Source: an uncultured Holophagales bacterium (lineage in GTDB: Bacteria; Acidobacteriota; Thermoanaerobaculia; Multivoradales; UBA5704). Taken from it: a stretch of 64,000 bases of DNA. The notes beneath the pieces were generated by a model, which was not told where the DNA came from, searched no databases, and was given only the letters and a program-made list of their open reading frames with translations. A program made the translations under genes and the position numbers. Positions 1-15,500 of this stretch are shown in pieces. The stretch covers positions 1,408,001 to 1,472,000 of the forward strand of contig CAWJGT010000009.1 in assembly GCA_963842525.1 (NCBI GenBank), given 5' to 3'. Positions within the stretch are counted from its first letter, which is position 1. Every line of letters starts with the position of its first letter.

Positions 1-3000
1 CCCTCCTGGCCATCCTCAAGGCCGGCGGCGCCTACGTGCCGCTCGACCCCAACTATCCCGCCTCCCGCGTCCGCCTCATGCTGGAGATTTCCCGCGCCGC
101 GGTCCTTCTCACGAAGCGCGAGCTGGCTGCTGACCTCGATGGAGAAGCCGGCACCAGGATGGTCTTCCTGGACGAAGGCTGGGAGGGCGCGCCCGCTCGC
201 CCCGGGTTGACACCCGGGGCTACCCAGTTCCGCCCTCCGGGCTCTCAAAACCTCGGCTCTCCAGAGCCCGGAGGGCGACATCCGGTAGCCCAGGGTGTGA
301 ACCCTGGGCGAGCGCCAGGGGGTGAGGACCCAACCCCCGGCAACCTTGCCTACCTGATCTTCACCTCCGGCTCGACCGGCCTGCCCAAGGGAGTGGCGCT
401 GGAGCATCGCAACGCGGTCGCCTTCGTCCGCTGGGCCTGGGAGGTCTTCCCGCCCGAGGACCTGGCCGGCGTGCTGGCCGCGACCTCGATCTGCTTCGAC
501 CTCTCGGTCTTCGAGCTGTTCGTGCCGCTGTCGCGAGGCGGCAAGGTCATCCTGGCCGACAACGCCCTGCACCTCGCGCACCTCCCGGCCGCGGGCGAGG
601 TCACGCTGATCAACACGGTCCCCTCGGCCATGGCCGAGCTGGTCCTCGATGCGGCCGTGCCGCCTTCGGTGCGCACCGTCAACCTCGCGGGCGAGCCGCT
701 CAAGAACGCCCTCGCGCAGGAGATCTACGGCCGGACGTCGATCGGCCGCCTGCTCAACCTCTATGGGCCGTCGGAGGACACGACCTATTCGACCTTCGCG
801 CCGGTGCGGCGAGGGAGCGAGCGCGCGCCGACCATCGGCCGGCCGATCGCGGGGAGCCGCGCCTATGTGCTCGACGCGGCGCTGCGGCCGGTGCCGCTCG
901 GCATCCCGGGAGCGCTCTACCTGGCCGGCGCCGGCCTCGCCCGCGGCTATTACGGCAGGCCGGAGCTGACCGCCGACCGCTTCCTCCCCGATCCGTTCGC
1001 CGCGCGGCCGGGCGAGCGCCTCTACAGGACCGGCGACCTGGTGCGCACCAGGACCGACGGCGAGATGGACTTCCTGGGCCGCATCGACCACCAGGTCAAA
1101 GTGCGTGGGTTCCGCATCGAGCTGGGCGAGGTCGAAGGCGCGCTCGCCGCCCATCCGCAGGTGCGCGAGGCCGTGGTCCTCGCCCTGGCGGAAGGAGCTG
1201 GGGCCGAGGAGCGGCTGCGGCTGGTCGCCTTCCTGACCGTCGTCGAGCCGGCCCCGGCTCCCGTGGCCCTGCGCGAGGCCCTCAAACAGCGGCTGCCCGA
1301 GTACATGGTGCCGACCGCCTTCGTGGAGCTGCCGGCGCTGCCTCTCACGCCGAACGGCAAGATCGACCGCAAGGCGCTCGCCCGGCTCGGTGCCGAAACC
1401 GGGGCGCGGTCCGGCGAGCAGGAGCTGGTCCTGCCCCGGACCCCGGTCGAGGAGGCCCTGGCGGAGGTCTGGGCCGGCGTGTTCGGCGTCGAGCGCGTCG
1501 GTGTGCACGAGAATTTCTTCGACCTGGGCGGCCACTCGCTCCTCGCCGCCCAGGTGCTCGCCCAGGTCCGCAAGCGGCTGGGCGCCGACCTGCCGCTGCG
1601 GCGCCTGTTCGAAGCCCCGACCGTGGCAAAGCTGGCCGAGGCCGTCGAGGCTGCCGCGGAGGAAGCGGCCGAGGAGTCGCTCGCCGGGGCCGGGGAGAGT
1701 GGGGGAGAGGCGAGTGCCCCGCTCTCCTTTGCCCAGCGCCGTCTCTGGTTCCTCGACCGCATGACGCCCGGCCTCGCGGTCTACAACCTGCCGCATCCGG
1801 TGCGCATCGAAGGGGTGCTCGACGCCGCGGTCCTGGAGCGCGCCCTGGGCGAGGTGGTGCGGCGGCACGATGCCCTGCGCACCACGATCCAGATCGTTGG
1901 AGGACGGCCCGTCCAGGTCGTTGCGCCGGCCGGCCTCTTCTCCCTGCCGCGGGTCGATCTCTCCATGTTGACCGACGTGCCGCGGCGCGCCGAGCCTCGA
2001 CCGCCTGGTCCGCGAGGAGTCGTCGCGGCCCTTCGACCTGGCAGCCGGCCCGCTCCAGCGCTCGCTCCTGGTGCGCATGGCCGGGCGCGAGCATGCGCTG
2101 CTGCTCACTCTCCATCACATCGTCTCCGACGGATGGTCGGTGGGTGTCCTGTTGACCGAGCTGGGGGAGCTGTACGAAGCGTTCGCGCTGGGCCGCCCTT
2201 CGCCGCTGGCCGCCCTGCCGGTCCAGTACGCGGACTACGCCCGCTGGCAGCGCCGGCACCTCCGCAATGTTCCTGGTGGGCCTGGCGGGCCTGGCGGGGG
2301 GCTGGAGACGCAGCTCGCCTTCTGGCGCGAGCGGCTCGCCGGCGCGCCAACGGTCCTGGAGCTGCCCACCGACCGGCCGCGGCCGGCGGTGCAGAGCTTC
2401 CGCGGCAGCCGGCGTGACGCCGCGCTGCCGCCGCGGCTCGCCGCAGCGCTCCGCGAGCTCGCCCGCGGCGAAGGTGCCACCCTCTTCATGCTGCTGCTCG
2501 TGGCCTTCGACATCCTCCTCTTCCGGATCACCGGCCAGGAGGACCTGCTGGTCGGCGCGCCGGTGGCCAACCGCAGCCGGCCGGAGTTCGACGGACTGAT
2601 CGGCTTTTTCGCCAACACCCTGGTGCTGCGCGCGGAGGTCTCCGCCAACCCGTCCTTCCGCGAGCTTCTCGGCACCGTCCGCGAGACCGCCCTTGCCGCC
2701 TATGCCCACCAGGACCTCCCCTTCGACACGCTGGTCGAGGAGCTGCGGCCGGAGCGCGATCCCTCGCGTTCGCCCCTGTTCCAGGTGGCGCTGACGGTCG
2801 AGGGCGCTGCCCGGCGCGAGCTGCGGCCGGCCGGCCTCCGCTTCCAGTCACTGCCCGTGGACACGGGCACGGCCAAGTTCAACCTGACGCTCCAGGTGTC
2901 CGACACCGGCGCCGGCTTTGCCCTCTCGCTGGAATTCGCCTCCGACCTCTTCGAGCGCGCGACGGCCGACCGGCTGCTCGGCCATCTCACCCGCCTGCTG

Positions 3001-6000
3001 GAAGGGATCGCGGCCGATCCCGCCGCACGCCTGCTCGACCTGCCGCTGCTCTCCGCGGCCGAGCAGCACCAGACGGTCGTCGAGTGGAACGACAACCGCT
3101 CCGAAATCCCGCGCGAGGCCGTCGTCCTCGATCCGGCCCTGCGGCCGGTCCCGATCGGCGTCCCGGGCCGGCTCTTCGCGGGCGGCGACGGGCTCGCCCG
3201 CGGCGACCTCGGCCGGCCGGACCTCACGGCCGAGCGCTTCGTGCCGGACCCCTTTGCCGGCGAGCCGGGCGGTCGCCTCTACGCCACCGGCGACCTCGTG
3301 CGCTGGCTGCCCGACGGCCGGCTCGACTTCCTCGGCCGCACCGACCGGCAGGTCACGATCGGCGGCTTCCGCATCGAGCTGCCGGAGATCGAATCGGTGC
3401 TCGCCTCCCACCCCTCGGTGGCCGCGGCGGCCGTCCTCCTGCGTGTGCTCTCCGAGGCGGACAAGCGGCTCGTGGCCTACATCGTGCCGCGGGAAGGAGA
3501 GGCGCGGCCGGAGCCCGCCACGCTGCGCGCCCTGGTCCAGGAACGGCTCTCCGAGCCGATGGTGCCCGCGGCCTGGGTCTTCCTGGACGACCTGCCACTG
3601 ACGCCGAAAGGCAAGGTCGACCGCCGGGCGCTCGCTCGCATCGAGCCGTCTCTCGAGCGGGCGAGCCGGCGCGGCGGCTTCGTTGCGCCGCGGACGGCGG
3701 CCGAGGACAAGGTGGCCCGGGTCTGGGCGGAGGTGCTGAGGACGGCCAGGGTGGGCATCCACGACAACTTCTTCGACCTGGGCGGGCATTCGCTGCTCGC
3801 CACCCGGGTGGTGTCGCGCCTGCGTGACGTCCTCGGTGTCGAGCTGCCGCTGCGCCGCCTCTGGGAGACGCCGACCGTCGCCGGCCTCGCCGCGGGCCTC
3901 GACGTGTCGACGGAGACCGGTGCGGACCGCCTGCCACCGATCCTGCCCATGCTGCGCCAGGAGCGGATGCCTCGGATACCGCTCTCCTTCGCCCAGCGCC
4001 GGCTCTGGTTCCTCGAGAACCTCACCCCGGGGCTCGCGCTCTACAACATCCCCTCGCCGCTGCGCATCGAAGGAGACCTCGATCCGGGCGTCCTGGCGCG
4101 CGCCCTCACCGAGGTGGTCCGGCGCCATGAGTCGCTGCGCACCACCTTCGGCGCCGACGAGGGCGAGCCGTACCAGGTCGTGACGCCGCCCGGCCCGGTG
4201 CCGCTGCCGGCGGTCGACCTCTCCGGCCTGGGTCCGGCGGAGCGGGCCGCGGAGCTCGACCGGAAGATCCGGGAGGAGGCGCTGCGCCCCTTCGCCCTGG
4301 AGACCGGCCCGCTGTTCCGCGCCTTCCTGCTGCGGCTGGAGAGCCCTCACCCCCGGCCCCTCTCCCATCCGCACTCCCAACCCCCGGGAGAGGGGAGCCC
4401 CCAACCCGAAAGCTCTCTTGGGGCGTCTTTTCCCCCCTCTCCCGGGGGGCCGGGAGTGCGGATGGGAGAGGGGGGCCAGGGGGGTGAGGGCCAGCACGTG
4501 CTGATGCTCTCGATGCACCACATCGTGTCCGACGGCTGGTCCATGGACGTCCTGTTCGACGAGATCGTGGAGATCTACGACGCGTTCGCCGCCGGCCGGC
4601 CCTCGCCGCGGCCCGAGCTGCCGATCCAGTACGCCGACTTCGCCTGGTGGCAGCTCCAGCACCTGAAGAACGAGGTCTTCGCGGACCAGCTCGCCTGGTG
4701 GCGCGAGCGGCTGGCCGGCGCGCCCGCGGCCCTGGAGCTGCCCGCCGACCGGCCCCGGCCGCCGGTGCAGACCTCCCGCGGCGCGAGCCTCTCGATCCCC
4801 TTGTCGCCGCGCGTTTCGGCCGCGGTCCAGGACGCCTGCCAACGCGAAGGGGTGACGCTCTTCATGGCGATGCTCGCGGCCTTCGACGCCCTGCTCGCCC
4901 GCCATGCCGGACAGGAGGACCTCGTGGTCGGCTCGCCGATCGCCAACCGCAACCGCGGCGAGGTCGAAGGATTGATCGGGTTCTTCGTCAACACCCTGGC
5001 CATGCGCACCGACCTCGCGGGCAATCCGCCGTTCCGCGAGCTGCTGCGCCGGTCCCGTGAAACGGCCCTCGGCGCCTACGCCCATCAGGACCTGCCGTTC
5101 GAGACGCTCGTGGAAGAGCTGCGGCCCGAGCGCGACCTCTCCCGGTCGCCGGTGTTCCAGGTGATGCTCTCCGTCCACAGCGTCCGGCGTCAGCCGCCGC
5201 ATGCGGCCGGCCTCCGCCTCCAGCCCCTGGACATCGAGAGCTGGATCTCCAAGTTCAACCTCTCGCTGGTGGCGGTGGAGGAGGACGCATCCCTCCAGAT
5301 CGGCATCGAATACAACACCGATCTCTTCGACGCCACGACGGTCCACCGCCTGCTGGGGCGCTTCGCCCTGCTCCTGGACAGCGCGGCGGCGGACCCCGGC
5401 CTGCGGCTCGCCGACCTGCCGCAATCGACTCCGGCCGAACGGCACCAGATGCTCGTCGAGTGGAACGACACGCGGCCGGACCGCGGCGAGGAGGCGACCG
5501 TAATCGACCTCTTCGCGGCCCGCGCCGAGGCGTCGCCGGAAGCTCCGGCGCTGCTCTTCCAGGACCGGCGGATGACGTTCGCCGAGCTCGACCGCGCCGC
5601 GGACCGGGTGGCGCACCGGCTGGCCTCCCTCGGAGTCGGGCCGGGCAGCGTGGTCGGCCTCTTCGTGGAGCGCTCGCCCGAGATGGTGGCCGCCCTCCTC
5701 GGCGTCTGGAAGGCCGGCGGTGCCTATCTCCCGCTCGACCCGGCCTATCCGGACACGCGCCTCTCCTTCCTGATGGAGGACGCCTTCGGCAAGCTCACGT
5801 CGCCGGTGCTCCTGGTGGAGGAGTCCCTCGACGAGCGCGCGGCCGGTCTGACTCCGGCCGGAGTCTCCCAGCTCGCCCTCGGCGAAGCGCTGGCGGGAAC
5901 CGACGGAGAGGAGGCGGCCTTCGTACCACGCGCGCGGCCCGGCGATCCCGCCTATCTGATCTACACCTCCGGCACCACGGGCAATCCCAAGGCGGTCGTG

Positions 6001-9000
6001 GTGGAGCACCGCAACCTGGCGGCCACGATGGCCGCTTCGCGGCACGCCTTCGCCTTCTCGGCGGATGACCGCATGCCCTGCCTGGCGCCGTTCTCGTTCG
6101 ATATCTTCCTCTTCGAGCTGCTCGGGCCGCTGCTCGCCGGCGGGACCTCGGTCCTCTTCGGGCTGCGCCCCACCCTGGACCTGGACGGCCTGGTGGCGCG
6201 CCTCGGCGAGCTGACGATGATCCACGCCGTGCCCGCTCTCATGCGCCAGATCCTGGAGACGGCGCACGTGCACGGCACCTGCCCCGGCGTCCGGGCCGTC
6301 TTCGTGGGAGGCGACGCGGTCCCGCACGACCTCCTGGTCGACCTGCCGTCGGTCTTCCCGCGGGCGCGGGTGCACGTCCTCTACGGCCCCACCGAGGCCA
6401 CGATCATCTGCTGCTCGCAAGGCGTGAGCGCCACGGATGTCCCGTCGGTGGGGACGCCGATCGGCCGGCCGCTCGACCAGTCGGAGATCCGTCTGCTCGA
6501 CCGCTGGGGCCGGCCCGCGCCGCTCGGGGTTGCCGGCGAGATCTGCATCGGCGGTGCCGGGGTTACGCGCGGCTACCTCGGCCGGCCCGACCTCGACGCC
6601 GAGAAGTTCCCGGTCTTCCACGACGGCCGGCGCTGGTACCGCAGCGGCGATCTTGCCCGCTACCGGCCGGACGGGCAGCTCGAGTTCCTCGGCCGTATCG
6701 ACCACCAGGTGAAGATCCGCGGCTTCCGCATCGAGCTGGGAGAGATCGAGACCGCCCTCTCCGGCCATCCGGACGTGCGCGAGGCGCTCGTCCTGGCCCT
6801 GCGGGAGCCGGGAGGGGCCGAGCGGTCACTGCGCCTGGTGGCCTTCGTGGTGTCTGAGGAGGGCGAGGAGGGCACGTCTCCGGAAGCAGCCGGGCTGCGC
6901 GAGCTGCTCCGCGGACGGCTCCCCGAGTACATGATCCCCGCGGTCTTCCACACGCTCGATGCCCTGCCGGTCACGGCCAATGGCAAAGTGGACCGCCAGG
7001 CGCTGGCGCGTCTGGATGCGCAGGCGGAAGCCCCTGCCGCCGCGGTCTCCACCGTGCCTTCGACGCCGATCGAGAAGGAGCTTGCCCGCATCTGGCGCGA
7101 GGTCTTCCGGATCGCCGAGGTCGGGCTGGAGGACAACTTCTTCGACCTGGGCGGACACTCCCTGCTCGCCATGCGGGTCGTCGCCCGCATCCGCTCGGAG
7201 CTCGGCGTCGAGCTGCCGGTGCAGCGCCTGTTCGAGGACCCCACCCTCGGCAGCCTCGCGGCCCGGGTCGAACGCGAGAGGGAGGCCCGGCGCGCCGCGC
7301 CGCCGCCGATCGTGCGGGTCCCGCGAGGCGATGGCGAGGCTCGCATCCCGCTCTCCTTCGCCCAGCGCCGGCTCTGGCTGCTCGACCAGGTCGATCCCGG
7401 CTCGACCGTTTTCAACGTGCCTTCGACCCTGGCGCTCGACGGTCCCCTCGATACCGCGGCGCTGGCCGCGGCCCTGTCCGAGGTCGCCCGCCGCCACGAG
7501 GCGCTGCGCACTGTCTTCCCGAGCCACGCGGGGGAGCCTTGGCAGCACGTCCTCCCGGCCGTCCCCCTGGGCTTGCCGCAGGTCGACCTGAGCGGCCTGC
7601 CGTCCGGGAGGCGCGACGACGAGGCCGAGCGGCTGGCCTGGAGCGAAGGGAAGCGCCCGTTCGACCTGGCACGGGGCCCCCTGATGCGCACGACCCTGCT
7701 GCGGCTCGACCGCGAGCGGCACGTGCTCCTCCTTTCCCTGCATCACATCGTCACCGACGGCTGGTCGACCGATGTCCTTCACCGCGAGCTGCTGGTCCTC
7801 CACGAGGCCTACGCCGCGGGCCGTCCGTCGCCGCTCTCCGAGCTGGAGGTCCAGTATCCCGACTTCGCGGCCTGGCAGCGGCGCTGGCAGGACCGCGCCG
7901 CTCTCACCATCCTGCTGGCGGACTGGAAGTGGCGCTTCGGGTCCGACCTGCCGGTGCTCCAACTGCCGACCGACCGGCCCCGGCCGCCGCTCCAGTCCCC
8001 GGCCGGCGCCTTCTGCTCGCGCGCCCTTCCCGCCGACCTGGAGCAGCGGCTCCGCACCCTGAGCCAGCGCGCGGGCGCAACCCCGTTCATGACCCTCCTC
8101 GCGGGCTTCCAGGCGCTTCTCCAGCGGTATACCGGGCAGGACCGGATCGTCGTCGGCACCCCTGTAGCCGGCCGCGACCGCGCCGAGCTCGAAGGGATGG
8201 TCGGGTTCTTCGTCAACACCCTCGTTCTGCCCGGCGACCTCGCGGGCGATCCCACCTTCCTGCAGGTCGTGGAGCGCGCGCGGCAGACGACCGTCGGCGC
8301 CTTCGCCTGCCAGGACCTCCCCTTCGAGAAGCTGGTGGAGGACCTGCAGCCGGAGCGCGACCGCAGCCGCAGCCCGCTGTTCCAGGTGATGTTCGCGCTG
8401 CAGAGCCTGCCGCCGGCTTCCCCCAACCTCGGCAGGCTTTCCGCGACGCCGCTCGGCATCGGTACCGGGACCGCGCAGTTCAACCTCACCCTCTACATGG
8501 TCGAGATGCCCGACGGGCTGGTGGCCGGAGCAGAGTACTCCACCGCCCTGTTCGAGGCCGGCACGATCGAGCGCCTGCTGGAGCACTACCAGGCCGTGCT
8601 GGAGGCCGTCACCGCCCGGCCCGAGACCCGCCTGTCCGAGCTCGTCGTGCCGCCTCTCGTCGAGCAGGCCCGGCCGGTGGAGGAGCCGGCACCCGTCGTC
8701 GCCGCCAATACGGCGGAGGCGCGCCGCGCCAAGCTGCTCGAACGGCAGAGCCGCCTCTCGGACGAGCAGCGGCGCAAGCTCGATCAGAGGCTGCGCGGCC
8801 AGGCGCCGACCGCACCTGCCGCGTCGAGCGCCCAGCCGCCTGCCGCCGCCGGGCTCCTGGTCGAGATCACTCCCGGCACCCCGGAGCGTCGTCCGTTCTT
8901 CTGCATCCACCCCGCGGGCGGTGATGTCCTCTGCTTCTTCCCGCTGGCCCGATACGTAGGGGCGGACCAGCCGTTCTGGGGCATCCAGGCACGCGGCCTG

Positions 9001-9680
9001 GACAGCGGTGAGCCGTTCGCGACCCTCGAAGAGATGGCGGCCTGCTATGTCGAACAGATCCGGAAGATCCAGCCGTCCGGCCCCTACGGGCTCGGCGGCT
9101 GGTCCTTCGGCGGGCTCGCCGCGTTCGAGGTGGCCCGCCAGCTCGAGAGCCAGGGCGAGCGCGTGGAGCTGCTCGCCGTGATCGACACCGCACCGGGCCT
9201 GCCCGAAGGGACCCCGGCCATCACACCTGCGCTGGCGGACGAGAGCGACCATACGACCTGGCTGCTGGACATCGTCGCCTACGTCCGGGGACTGCGCGGC
9301 AAGGACCTCGGCATTTCTGTTGTCGACCTGGCAGGGAAGACCGGCGAGGAGCAGATCGGCCTCGTGGTCGAGCGGCTCCAGGCCGCGGGCATCCTCCACG
9401 CGGGCGACAGCTTCGACCAGGTCCGGCGCCTGCTGCGCGTATACCGCACCAACGTCCGCGCCTACCGCATGTATCGTCCCCGCCCCTACCCGGGTCCCCT
9501 CACCCTCTTGCTCTCCTCTGAGCTGCCGCGCGATCCTTCCGCTCCGGACCTCGGATGGGGGACGCTTACGCCGCGGCCCGTCGAGGTCCACGAGCTGCCG
9601 GGCGGCCACATTACACTGCTCGCCGAGCCCCACGTCCGTGGTCTGGCCGAACGGCTGCGGGCCTGTCTGGAGAAAGAACT

Positions 9681-9684
<4 letters not shown>
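1..9684 (+). CDS. Non-ribosomal peptide synthetase, terminal subunit (5' partial; A-T-C-A(deleted)-T-C-A-T-C-TE), one +1 frameshift near 1995
   Basis: A-domain motifs YLIFTSGSTGLPKG, NLYGPSE, YRTGDL, QVKVRGFRIELGE and NGKIDR; three T domains FFDLGGHSLL; three C domains HHIV(S/T)DGWS; TE GWSFGG. ORFs 36-2417 and 2071-9684 join if one C in gccgagcctcgac (~1995) is removed, restoring ELDRLVREESSRPFDLAAGP. The first A-domain code read by eye is DLFNNALTYK (Ala-type). Confidence 0.95.
194..314. repeat. REP-like imperfect palindrome inserted in frame in the NRPS A domain
   Basis: Arm cgctcgccccgggttgacacccggggctac...cgccctccgggctct (194-245) is an imperfect inverted copy of agagcccggagggcg...gtagcccagggtgtgaaccctgggcgagcg (263-314). 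Confidence 0.8.
4344..4490. repeat. 147-bp palindromic element (ccctcacccc...ggggtgaggg) inserted in frame in an NRPS C domain
   Basis: Terminal inverted repeats, length a multiple of 3, and a closely related intergenic copy at 47678-47825. Confidence 0.88.
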
Positions 9685-12087
<2,403 letters not shown>

Positions 12088-12113
12088 GGGAGCGAGCCAC
12101 CGCCGCACCAGCC

Positions 12114-12265
12114 TCAAGCGGCCGGAGCCATCGGCCGGATCTCCCGGTCGATCGCCGAGGCGAGGCTACGCTTCGCCTCTTCGAGGTCGAAGTCTATCTG
12201 CAGCCCGAGCCAGAAGCGCTCGGACGTCCCGAAGTAGCGGGCCAGCCGGAGCGCCGTTTCGCCCG
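12114..12265 (-). pseudogene. higA: HigA-family antitoxin C-terminal fragment
   Basis: ETALRLARYFGTSERFWLGLQIDFDL is the typical HigA C-terminal half. The N-terminus and the toxin partner are absent. Confidence 0.7.
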
Positions 12266-12555
12266 CTCTTCCTCCCGGGACGCCCCAGTCCGTCGGCACC
12301 GCGCTACCGGGTGCACACGGTCGGGGGCGTCTCTTGGGCCCCATCCACCACCAACGCTGGCAGCACCCCATAGTCACCTCGCAGGTGTCGCCGGAAGCTG
12401 CGCCGCTGACAAAATTGCGAGCTTGCACAGGATGGTGTAATATGCAACAGGAAGCACATAGAGATGTAAGCACAGAAATGGATTTGTGCGTCTCGCCACG
12501 TACGCTCAGGAGCTATGAAGTGCGAGGGAATCAAGCGGCTGGAGGAGGCCTCACC

Positions 12556-15500
12556 ATGAACGTCTTTCCCGGGAGTCGGAGTCGGTCGCGGCGCATCGTC
12601 CCAGGTTTGCTGATCCTCCTGTGCGGGCTGCTCGCCAGCCAGCCCGGCGTCGCCCAGCCCGTCCCGGCGGGTGTGGCCTACCTGACCGGAAGCCAGCAGG
12701 CGGACGGGAGTTGGGAGAGCGCCGAGGTGCGGCGGGTGCATGCCACCGGCGAAGCGCTGCGGGCGCTCCAGGCCGTGGGGCAGGCGCCTGCGGTCCGCTC
12801 CGCGGCTGCCGGCTACCTTGAGACCGCGACAGTCGAGGACAGCGACGACCGCGCCCGCCGTATCGCCGGGCTCGTCGCCGAGGGCCTCGCCGTCGCTCCT
12901 TTCGTGACTGTGCTCCTGGCCGACGCCGACCCTGAGGGCGGCTGGGGCCTCACCTCCGCCTTCCTTGCCGATCCGCTGGACACCTCTCTCGGCCTCTCCG
13001 CCGTGGCCGCACAGCCGGGCCCGGACGACAACTTCCTGCGCATGGCGCTCATCGCGCTGCTGAGCACCCAGAAGGCCGACGGCGGCTGGCCCTGTGTCGC
13101 GACCCGGGACGGCGACGCCGACAGCGAGATCTTCTGCACCAGCCAGGCGCTCCTAGCGCTCACCGCCTACCGCAGCCGGTTCTACCTCGATCCCCAGATC
13201 GACGCCGCCGTCGGCTTTCTGCGCGGCAGGCTCAACCCCGACGGCAGCTTCGGCTCGGCCGGAGCGAACGACGTGATCCACACGGCCCTGGCCTCCACAG
13301 CCCTCGCCGCGGTCCCGGCCTTCGGCAACGAGGTGGCCACGGTGAACGCCTGGCTCCGGGGCCGGCAGCAGCCGGACGGGAGCTGGGGCGGCGATCCCTA
13401 TCCCACGGCGCTCGCCCTGCGGGCGCTCCAGGCGCTTGCGGGCGTCCCGTTCTGCGGCGACGGCGCGGTCAACCGGCCAGGGGAGGCGTGCGACGGCAGC
13501 GTGCCGGCGGGCCTGACCTGCGAAGGGGTGGGCATGGGCTCGGGCACGCTCGCGTGCAGCCCGCAGTGCACTCTCGACACCTCGGGCTGCTCGGCGTCCC
13601 CGGTCTGCGGCGACAACCTGCGCAACCAGCCGTTCGAGATCTGCGACGGCACCGACCTGGCCTCCCAGACCTGCCAGACGCAGGGCTTCGCCACCGGCAC
13701 CCTGACCTGCGCCCCCGACTGCCTGAGCTTCAACGTCGGCGGCTGCAACGCCGCCCCGACCTGCGGCGACGGCGTGGTCAACCAGCCCGGCGAGTCGTGC
13801 GACCTGAACGACTTCCACGGCACGACTTGCGAGTCGCTCGGCCTCGGCGGCGGCCAGTTGGGCTGCACGTCCGACTGCAACATGGACACGAGCCAGTGCG
13901 ACTCGGCGAGCTTCGTCATCGACAACAAGGGGCGTGAGTTCTTTGTCGGCTTCCTGGCCAACCCCCTGGTCCCGGCCACGGCCTCGGTGCACCTCACCAG
14001 CGACGTTCCCACGAGCGTCACGGTCCAGTACCCGGTGAATTCTCCGAGCTTCTCCCAGACCGTGGCCTTGACGCCGGGGCAGGTCCATGTGGTCAACCTG
14101 CCCACGAGCTCGCACACGGGCTGGACCGCCGGGCGTGTGCTGAACAACGCCGCTCGCGTGTCGGGCCCGGATGAGTTCGTCGCCTACCTGGTGAACCGCG
14201 CCGCCGCCACCTCGGACGCGGCCTTGGCCCTGCCGGTCGACGCGCTTGGCACGTCCTATATCGTGACGACCTACCGGGGGTCCACCGCCCACTCGGGCGA
14301 CCGCGCCGAGTTCCTGGTGGTCGCTCCTTTTGATAGCACCACGGTGACCATCACACCCACCGCAACCCTGCGGATGCCGGCGCCCACTCCGAACGCTCCG
14401 CCCAACGTGCCGTTCCAGATCACGCTCACCCGGGGCCAGGGGTTCCGCGCCGAGGCGCTCCTCTCCACTGCCGACCTCACCGGCACTCTAATCGAGGCGG
14501 ACCGTCCGGTGGCCGTGCTCAACGGCAATCTCTGCACCAACATCCCGAGCAACACCGTGGCCTGCGACCACGTCTTCGAGGTGGCGCACCCGCTGCGGAG
14601 CTGGGGCACCTCGGCCCTGGTGGCGAACTTGCCGAACCGTACCGGCGGCACGATCTACCGCGTCGTGGCCTCGGTCGACGGCACCGAGGTCTTCCGCAAC
14701 GGCGTCCTGCAGGCGGCCCTCGACAAGGGCGACTTCTTCGAGACCGGCCCGCTCACCGGGAGCCATCTCTTCTCGGCCGATCAGCCGATCTTCGTCACCC
14801 AGTTCATGACCGGGGACGGCGCTCCGGGGGCGACCAACGGCGACCCCGCCATGGCCAACATGATCCCGCCGGATCAATATCTCAGCTCGTACACCTTCTC
14901 CACGGTGGGCGGCTCGCAGTTCGCGCAGAACTTCCTCACGCTGATCGCGCCGGATACCGCGGTGGGCTCGGTCACGCTCGATGGTTCGCCGATCCCCCCG
15001 GCCCAGTTCACGCCGATCGGCTCGACCGGCTTCTCCTCGACGCTGCTCCCGCTCGCGCAGGGATCGCACTCGACCGCGTCGCCACAGCCGCACGGCATCA
15101 CGGTCGAAGGCTTCAACGCGTTCGACTCGTACATCTATCCGGGCGGCGCGCAGCTCGAGTTCATCAACCAGTTCTGCGGCGACGGCAGCGCCAACCGCGA
15201 GGCTGAGGCCTGCGATGGCAGCGACTTCCGCGGCTCGACCTGCTCGTCGTTCGGCTTCGCCTCGGGCTTCCTGCAGTGCACCGCCGACTGCCGCATCGAC
15301 ACCTCGCAGTGCGCCGGCTTCACGATCGAGGACGAGGACGACGACGGCTATCCGGCCACCGAGGATTGCGACGACACCGATCCCGAGGTGAACCCCGGCA
15401 TGCCGGAGATCCCGGGCAACGGCATCGACGACGACTGCAACCCGGCCACGCCGGACGCGATCCCGCAGACGGTGAGCTGCGAGATCTTCCCTGACAGGCT

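Noticed and set aside
2272-2300. Third mobile insertion in the NRPS (PGGPGGPGGG)
   Set aside because: It is just three copies of a 9-bp unit, consistent with slippage, and is not palindromic.
2848-9633. Very long antisense ORFs opposite the NRPS (also 59529-63056 and 14488-16461)
   Set aside because: These are shadow ORFs expected from high-GC codon bias; they contain no recognisable motifs.
12640-13440. Terpene cyclase belonging to the NRPS cluster
   Set aside because: Only QxxDGxW-type structural repeats are present, within a secreted adhesin-like protein; no DxDD catalytic context is evident.
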